Shown piece after piece: positions 59,039-64,000 of a DNA stretch of 64,000 bases (positions are counted from its first letter, which is position 1; each line of letters starts with the position of its first letter). The notes under the pieces are model-generated. The model had not been told where the DNA came from and searched no databases. It worked only from the letters and a program-made list of their open reading frames with translations. Source of the stretch: a candidate division FCPU426 bacterium (GTDB lineage: Bacteria; Oederibacteriota; Muellerivitia; Muellerivitales; Muellerivitaceae). A program made the position numbers and the translations under genes. Where the stretch lies: contig CAVRAL010000001.1 of NCBI GenBank assembly GCA_963719085.1, forward strand, positions 116,373-180,372, in the 5' to 3' direction.

Positions 59039-59674
59039 ATGAGACAGATTACCTATCGACATTTAAAAATTTGTTTAGAAAAAGCAAAGGAGATGTTCGA
59101 TAAATATCAAACCTGGGGAGATGGCGATCCTGGGTTCGAGAGAAATGTCGATGTTTTGGGTAGTGTTTGCGCCCGGGATTTAGAGGAAAGCATTCGTGTC
59201 TATGACGTTGAAGCTGTGCCGGAAGAGTTAAAAGAACTATGCGGTGGCTTGTGCTTAGTGATCGAAGATGGAAGTTATGAAATTAATTTACATCCGGCGC
59301 TCAATCCCTGCTGGCAACGATTCATTTTATGTAAGGAACTCTTCCAAGTTGTTTTGGACGGCCAAGAGTATAGAAGCGTAAATTTGTATGCTCACCTAGA
59401 ACAGCTGATTCAAATAATGCCGGGGGACGGGGATGACGATAGTATTTATCTTCCGGGCGTTTCTGAGTTGATGGCTGAAATAGCTGCAATGGAATTTTTA
59501 TTTCCATATTCTGAACGGTTAAAAATCAAATCTCAAAAAAGTATAAATTTGTTAGACGTTGCAACCAAATATCGGATTCCTCAAAAGTTTGTTGCCATTT
59601 ATCTTTCGGACGCTTATATGGGTTTTCTAAATCCCGATTCAGATGATTTGAAAGTTGCTGAAAGCTCGGTATAG
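59039..59674 (+). CDS. ImmA/IrrE (peptidase M78)-like protein with degenerate Zn motif
   Basis: INL..LN.CWQRFILCKELFQ at the RFTxAHExxH position; E..AE.AA.E.LFP; C-terminal HTH-like DVATKYRIP. Confidence 0.7.
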   Translation: MRQITYRHLKICLEKAKEMFDKYQTWGDGDPGFERNVDVLGSVCARDLEESIRVYDVEAVPEELKELCGGLCLVIEDGSYEINLHPALNPCWQRFILCKELFQVVLDGQEYRSVNLYAHLEQLIQIMPGDGDDDSIYLPGVSELMAEIAAMEFLFPYSERLKIKSQKSINLLDVATKYRIPQKFVAIYLSDAYMGFLNPDSDDLKVAESSV

Positions 59675-59718
59675 ATTATCTGTAGACTTGTTGTCTTAGG
59701 GCTAAAGCCCCCCCGAAG

Positions 59719-59925
59719 TCATTTAAAAAACTCCCCAAAATCGACTTTCAAATAATCGGCTATTTTCTCCAAAACCGGGATAGTTGGTATCCTTTTGCCG
59801 TTAAGGTAATTGTGGATAGTGGCTTTTGATATTCCCGCCCCGAAAGCTACCTTCTCAGAGCTTTGGCCGCTGTTCACAATCATTCTTCTTAGGTTTTTAA
59901 CTGCTTTTTTCGCATAGTTTGACAT
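59719..59925 (-). CDS. Xre/Cro-C1 helix-turn-helix regulator
   Basis: EKVAFGAGISKATIHNYLNGKRIPTIPVLEKIADYLKV. Confidence 0.92.
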   Translation of the reverse strand: MSNYAKKAVKNLRRMIVNSGQSSEKVAFGAGISKATIHNYLNGKRIPTIPVLEKIADYLKVDFGEFFK

Positions 59926-59959
59926 GCCAAAAACTATAGATTTTTGTCTTGCCTTATAC

Positions 59960-59994
59960 GTTCACCCTTGTAAACTTTGTTTACGTTCGTAAAC
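59960..59994. promoter_or_regulatory. two tandem 16-bp palindromic operator candidates
   Basis: GTTCAC-CCTT-GTAAAC (59960-59975) and GTTTAC-GTTC-GTAAAC (59979-59994) in the divergent xre/lipoprotein spacer. Confidence 0.65.
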
Positions 59995-60012
59995 CACTTG
60001 AATAGGCTAAAC

Positions 60013-60564
60013 ATGGGCAAATATATAGTAGTCCTAATACTATCCCTTATTGGCTCACTACCTTTAGCTTGTAGCATAGACCATCCGGTACCATCTGCAC
60101 CTCAAACCGTAGCTACGAGTACATACACACCAACAACCACTCCAACCACGACTACGACACCCACACCTACCTCTATCTACACGATGATTCCGGTTACAAT
60201 CGTTGCCAATTCTCAATATCCAACTACAAGTGAACCCAGCTACAGCGCCATACTTTTATGGGGGTCTTGCCCCGGCGGAACAGGCTTATGTCTTAGTGGG
60301 TCTGTATCTTTGGGGCTGTCTTCGAATTACCAAGCAACTACGGTCGTTTCGATACCACAAGGACAATTTACCTACATTCAAGTTAATGAAGCCTATTCAC
60401 TCCCGGTAAATTATACTTTTGGAAACACATTGGAACTGATTGTAACCCAACCTAACGTTTCTCCTGTTACGAGTTACGGAAGTCCCGTTACTTCCGGTTC
60501 TGATGTTGCCGATGATGCTGACATTGATACGAATGTGGGCAGTTCCGCCTCATCAGTTAAATAA
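60013..60564 (+). CDS. putative lipoprotein with Thr/Pro linker
   Basis: MGKYIVVLILSLIGSLPLA-C lipobox-like; TPTTTPTTTTTPTPT. Confidence 0.75.
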   Translation: MGKYIVVLILSLIGSLPLACSIDHPVPSAPQTVATSTYTPTTTPTTTTTPTPTSIYTMIPVTIVANSQYPTTSEPSYSAILLWGSCPGGTGLCLSGSVSLGLSSNYQATTVVSIPQGQFTYIQVNEAYSLPVNYTFGNTLELIVTQPNVSPVTSYGSPVTSGSDVADDADIDTNVGSSASSVK

Positions 60565-60577
60565 AAGGAGTTTGAAA

Positions 60578-60832
60578 ATGGCAACCTTCTTTATTTGTTA
60601 TGACCTCGCGCAAAAAGATGAAGATTATTACGAAGACCTATTCAAAGATTTGAAAAGTCTAGGTGCCAAACGAGTTCAAGAATCGGTTTGGGCTCTTAAA
60701 TCTGACCAAAGAACCTCGGAAATTTTCGATGCTCTAAAAGGCAATTTCCCGGATGATAACGATAGGCTTTTAGTTGGAAACATAGACGGATGGAGTAGTC
60801 GCCATTCGATGTATAACATCAAAGACATTTGA
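60578..60832 (+). CDS. stand-alone Cas2/VapD-like ferredoxin-fold protein (84 aa)
   Basis: AAGGAG SD; ICYDL..L...G..RVQESVW..DRLLV pattern. Confidence 0.75.
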   Translation: MATFFICYDLAQKDEDYYEDLFKDLKSLGAKRVQESVWALKSDQRTSEIFDALKGNFPDDNDRLLVGNIDGWSSRHSMYNIKDI

Positions 60833-60997
60833 TTACTCATCCTCGGAGCTTTGATATTGAGGGATACCTGGAGGGGTAATAAGACTACTTTCGAATTTGA
60901 CCGTTTCGAGAGATTTGCGCATTACCTCCAGGGCTTTCCATTCTTCCTTTGACTCAGGTTCAAATTTTAAACCGCCGTTGTACCAGTACACTCTCAT
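60833..60997 (-). CDS. micro-ORF (54 aa), third gene of the transposase transcript
   Basis: Manual translation MRVYWYNGGLKFEPESKEEWKALEVMRKSLETVKFESSLITPPGIPQYQSSEDE; ATGA overlap with the upstream ORF. Confidence 0.55.
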   Translation of the reverse strand: MRVYWYNGGLKFEPESKEEWKALEVMRKSLETVKFESSLITPPGIPQYQSSEDE

Positions 60998-61104
60998 TTT
61001 TTTGTATCCTTCTTTTTCTTTTTGGGTTCCTTGTTTCCGAATTTCAAAATCGCATCCAAAACCTTGTTTAACTTTTCTAATTCCTCTTTAACTTTTTTGG
61101 TCAT
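60994..61104 (-). CDS. basic micro-ORF (36 aa) coupled to the transposase
   Basis: Manual translation MTKKVKEELEKLNKVLDAILKFGNKEPKKKKKDTKK; ATGA overlap with the transposase stop. Confidence 0.6.
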   Translation of the reverse strand: MTKKVKEELEKLNKVLDAILKFGNKEPKKKKKDTKK

Positions 61105-62024
61105 TCTTGCGCCCCGATCAGACGCTTGTAGGTAAGCCGCTTGCCAATGGAAGAATCAAGAAGACTGGCTAAACGTTCCATGCTAGTCCTGGTAACGTTG
61201 CCGTCGCTAAGACGAAATGCAAATTCATTTACGTATCGAGAAAGGTGTTTCTTGGAGGCGTGGTGATAGACTCCATTCAAACCACGCTTCATAACTGCCC
61301 AAACGCTTTCAATTCCGTTGGTAGTTACGTCGCCACGAACATACTCTTCTTTTTCGTGATTGATTTTCTCAATCGTGTATTGGCTCTTGAGATATTTGTA
61401 TCCTGGGAATTGATCGGTATTCAAAATTGAACCCGCTTCAATATTTTTGGTAATGGTTTCAAATCGTTCTTTGGCGTTGATTTCATCAACCACTACGCCT
61501 TTAGTACGGCCTTTGCGTTCCCGCATTCCAACAACAATTGTTTTTCCGATAGAACCACCACCATGAATCCTTTTACTTTGATGCTTGTTTGCTTCAAGGC
61601 CACCAACATAAGTTTCATCAATCTCAACAGTGCCACTTAAAAGTAGGGAAGGATCACCAGCACATGCTTCTCTAATACGACTCAAAAGAAACCAAGCCGT
61701 TGTTTGAGTGACTCCGATTTCTTTAGACAGTTGCATTGATGAAACGCCTTTCCTTGAAGTCACTAGGAGGTACATTGCAAACAACCATTTATTTAATGGA
61801 ACGTGAGACCGCTCAAAGAGGGTGCCAGTTCTCACAGTGAAATCAACCAAACAGGCATTACAGTGGTAGTAGCCACGCTTACGGATGCCAATGCGTTTAG
61901 TCTCCGAACAGCACGGGCAAATAGGTCCATTTGGCCATCTGCGGGCCTCAATATGCTTCCTCGCTGCCTCTTCGTCTGGAAACATCTCCATAAGCTTGTA
62001 AGCGCTAATCGCTGTGTTTTTCAT
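61101..62024 (-). CDS. IS1595-family DDE transposase
   Basis: Zn ribbon (CPCC..CNAC), HTH, VEIDETYVGG, TD, TNGIESVW, YVNEF.FR. Confidence 0.96.
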   Translation of the reverse strand: MKNTAISAYKLMEMFPDEEAARKHIEARRWPNGPICPCCSETKRIGIRKRGYYHCNACLVDFTVRTGTLFERSHVPLNKWLFAMYLLVTSRKGVSSMQLSKEIGVTQTTAWFLLSRIREACAGDPSLLLSGTVEIDETYVGGLEANKHQSKRIHGGGSIGKTIVVGMRERKGRTKGVVVDEINAKERFETITKNIEAGSILNTDQFPGYKYLKSQYTIEKINHEKEEYVRGDVTTNGIESVWAVMKRGLNGVYHHASKKHLSRYVNEFAFRLSDGNVTRTSMERLASLLDSSIGKRLTYKRLIGAQE

Positions 62025-62052
62025 ATCTTCTCCTAGCTAAGTCATTAAAATC

Positions 62053-62158
62053 ATTGTGGCGGTCCGGAGCTTTATTAACGGTTCTGGTGACGTTAATAAG
62101 TGCCAATCCGATGACGGACTAAAGACCCCGAGGAAAGGCCCTCCGCAACCGCCACAAT
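62053..62158 (-). ncRNA. candidate structured RNA (four-way junction) in the transposase leader
   Basis: 11-bp outer stem, 5-bp inner stem and three arms; G-U pairs work only on the minus strand. Confidence 0.55.
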
Positions 62159-62281
62159 CATTCCCCGACTTCGATAAATGCCTTCCAAATGCCTCTAAAA
62201 ACCCTAAAAATTTGGCCTTAATCCGGCTCCAAAACCCGCTCAAATTAGGGAGTTAACTGGGTTATTCCCCTATTTCTGTTC

Positions 62282-62309
62282 TTGACAGGTCCATTAAAAA
62301 CCATATAAT
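62282..62309 (+). promoter_or_regulatory. sigma70 promoter of rplM-rpsI
   Basis: TTGACA-N16-TATAAT. Confidence 0.85.
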
Positions 62310-62352
62310 TCAGGCCCTTGTATCTCTATTAGACAGAAACGAAGGTAATGCT

Positions 62353-62802
62353 ATGACGCTTCAAAAGACTTATCTCCCCACCGTCAAGGACATCAACCGT
62401 AAATGGTGGCTTGTCGACGCGAAGGATCAGGTGCTGGGCCGTTTAATTTCCCGTGTGGCCGCCGTGTTGCGTGGAAAGCACAAAACGACCTTTACGCCGC
62501 ATTTGGAAAACGGTGATCATGTGGTGATCATCAACGCCGACAAGATCGTGCTCACGGGACGCAAGTGGGAAACCAAATCCCATCACCGCACCTCGGGCCG
62601 TCCGGGCGGATTGTCCACCGAAACCTACAAGGTGCTTCGCACCTCGAAGCCTGAGCGCATTTTGGAATACGCCATCAAGGGCATGCTGCCCAAGACCTCC
62701 CAGGGGGCGAAGATGTTCACCCGGGTTAAGATTTACGCGGGCGAAACCCATCCCCACGAAAGCCAAGTTCCGCAAGTTCTCGATTTCGCATCTAAAAAGT
62801 AA
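62353..62802 (+). CDS. rplM: 50S ribosomal protein L13
   Basis: WWLVDA..LGRL, LRGKHK..FTPH..GD, KGMLPK. Confidence 0.99.
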   Translation: MTLQKTYLPTVKDINRKWWLVDAKDQVLGRLISRVAAVLRGKHKTTFTPHLENGDHVVIINADKIVLTGRKWETKSHHRTSGRPGGLSTETYKVLRTSKPERILEYAIKGMLPKTSQGAKMFTRVKIYAGETHPHESQVPQVLDFASKK

Positions 62803-62815
62803 GGAGACTTAACCA

Positions 62816-63211
62816 GTGCCAGCCGCTAAGGAACAATTTATCGCCACGGGCCGCCGGAAAACTTCCGTCGCCCGAGTTACGTTGAAACCCGGAAAGGGCC
62901 AATTCGTGGTCAACGGATTGCCGGTGGAAAAGTTTTTCCCCGACCAGAAACAAGCGGTTCTTCGCTCTCCTTTGGAGACGGTGACGGCTTTGAACAAATA
63001 TGATGTGTTCGTCAACGTGAACGGCGGCGGCGTGACGGGTCAAGCCGAAGCCATCCGCCACGGCATCGCGCGGGCCTTGTTGAAAATTGACTCCGAGATG
63101 CGCAAGCCCTTGAAGGTGGCCGGGATGCTCACCCGCGATCCCCGCATGGTGGAACGCAAAAAGTACGGGCGCAAGAAGGCCCGCCGCCGCTTCCAATTCT
63201 CGAAGCGTTAA
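62816..63211 (+). CDS. rpsI: 30S ribosomal protein S9
   Basis: [30 protein letters not shown]. Confidence 0.99.
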   Translation: MPAAKEQFIATGRRKTSVARVTLKPGKGQFVVNGLPVEKFFPDQKQAVLRSPLETVTALNKYDVFVNVNGGGVTGQAEAIRHGIARALLKIDSEMRKPLKVAGMLTRDPRMVERKKYGRKKARRRFQFSKR

Positions 63212-63226
63212 TTCGAAAAGCTTTCC

Positions 63227-63260
63227 AATCCCATCTCCCGCAAGGGGGGTGGGATTTTTT
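63227..63260 (+). terminator. intrinsic terminator after rpsI
   Basis: AATCCCATCTCCC-GCAA-GGGGGGTGGGATT plus T-run. Confidence 0.88.
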
Positions 63261-63287
63261 GTTTCTAGGCGTTTCCGACAATCTTGA

Positions 63288-63360
63288 AACACGGAGTGGC
63301 ACAGAGTTTCTCAGAGTAAGACTCTCAAGAGTTTGACTTTAACTCTGTTCATTCTGTGTT
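63288..63360. repeat. intergenic hairpin element with tandem-unit arms (CACAGAG subtype)
   Basis: AACACGGAGT-GGCACAGAGT-TTCTCAGAGT ... ACTCTGTTCATTCTGTGTT. Confidence 0.65.
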
Positions 63361-63374
63361 GAAAAGGATTTGGT

Positions 63375-63812
63375 TTGACCCACAAGCCTCAACAAACCCC
63401 CAAGCTGGCAGTGAACGCGTTGGTCTTCAACAGCCAAGGGGAAGTGCTTTTGGCCAAGCGGACGGACAACGGCCTTTGGTGCATTCCGGGCGGCCACGTG
63501 GACCTGGGCGAGACTTTGGCGCAGGCTTGCGTCCGGGAATTGTTCGAGGAAACCGGGTTGAAGGCGGACGTGGTCCGCTTGGTCGGCGTCTATTCGGATC
63601 CACAAAACTCCCTGCATATCGCCCAGGGGCCCGAATGGCATACGGTGCGGGTATCCTTTTTGTGCGAGATTACCGGTGGTACAATAACTTCCAGCGATGA
63701 AACCAGCGAGATCCGGTATTTCTCCACGGGGAAATTGCCGCCTCTCATTACCGATCACGCTTTGCGGATTCAGGACGGCCTTCAAGCCAAGTCCGCGGCT
63801 GTCATCGGTTGA
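63375..63812 (+). CDS. NUDIX hydrolase
   Basis: Nudix box GGHVDLGETLAQACVRELFEETGL. Confidence 0.93.
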   Translation: MTHKPQQTPKLAVNALVFNSQGEVLLAKRTDNGLWCIPGGHVDLGETLAQACVRELFEETGLKADVVRLVGVYSDPQNSLHIAQGPEWHTVRVSFLCEITGGTITSSDETSEIRYFSTGKLPPLITDHALRIQDGLQAKSAAVIG

Positions 63813-63860
63813 AAAACTAGTTTTTAAATTTGAATCATTTAATAACCTGTGAGGCTCCCC

Positions 63861-64000
63861 ATGCCAATTCGACGCAAAGTAAAAGCCAAAGCCAAATCGA
63901 AAAAAGAGCACCGTAAGGGCTCCCGTGATTTCACGAAAGTGAAGGGACCGGCCAATAACAACCCCTTTATCGCCAATGAATTCCGCGAGCACGATGAGAA
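63861..64000 (+). CDS. partial ORF running off the window end, function unknown
   Basis: GAGG SD, ATG at 63861, open to 64000 (MPIRRKVKAKAKSKKEH...). Confidence 0.5.
   Translation, partial: MPIRRKVKAKAKSKKEHRKGSRDFTKVKGPANNNPFIANEFREHDE

Larger units (their letters stand above)
58465..62269 (-). mobile_element. IS1595-family element with passenger genes (3805 bp)
   Basis: TIRs GGGATTTACCCAGTTAACTCCCTAA (58465-58489) and TTAGGGAGTTAACTGGGTTATTCCC (62245-62269), 23/25 match; 8-bp flanking duplication CTATTTCT (58457-58464, 62270-62277); AT-richer than flanks. Confidence 0.95.

Noticed and set aside
62053-62158. tRNA gene
   Set aside because: Cloverleaf-like but no TTC T-loop, D-loop GG context or CCA end; kept only as a candidate ncRNA.
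62037-62256. Short ORFs on both strands upstream of the transposase
   Set aside because: No SD or family features; region is better explained by the RNA structure and element end.
60578-62269. CRISPR-Cas locus suggested by the Cas2-like gene
   Set aside because: No repeat-spacer array and no other cas genes in the window.

Overview
Core-genome window of a diderm bacterium (translation table 11), possibly from an uncultured lineage. 1-15102 is the S10-spc-alpha ribosomal protein superoperon (rplC to rplQ, with secY, adk, map, infA, rpoA). 15.1-31.2 kb is accessory: cardiolipin synthase, an FG-GAP secreted protein, an HNH-repeat-like protein, a glycogen debranching enzyme, a GT-C glycosyltransferase and a divergent transglutaminase pair. 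31.2-45.3 kb is ilvBNC-psd-pssA-leuA-leuB-asd-tpx-DUF2723-truA, preceded by a Leu/Val-rich leader-peptide attenuator that the ORF track misses. 45.8-58.4 kb holds futalosine-pathway menaquinone genes, queF, a frameshifted speE, a GT9 and an amidohydrolase. 58465-62269 is an intact IS1595-family element (25-bp TIRs, 8-bp TSD CTATTTCT) inserted just upstream of the rplM-rpsI promoter. Its cargo is the best candidate for an undescribed system: a small ORF plus a HExxH-less IrrE/ImmA-like protein, an Xre HTH with tandem operators, a lipoprotein, a stand-alone Cas2/VapD-like protein, two micro-ORFs coupled to the transposase, and a 106-nt four-way-junction RNA in the transposase leader. The second notable signal is a dispersed family of at least 7 intergenic 70-110 nt hairpins whose arms are built of tandem 8-10 nt units. 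All family assignments come from motif recognition by eye; no database searches were run.
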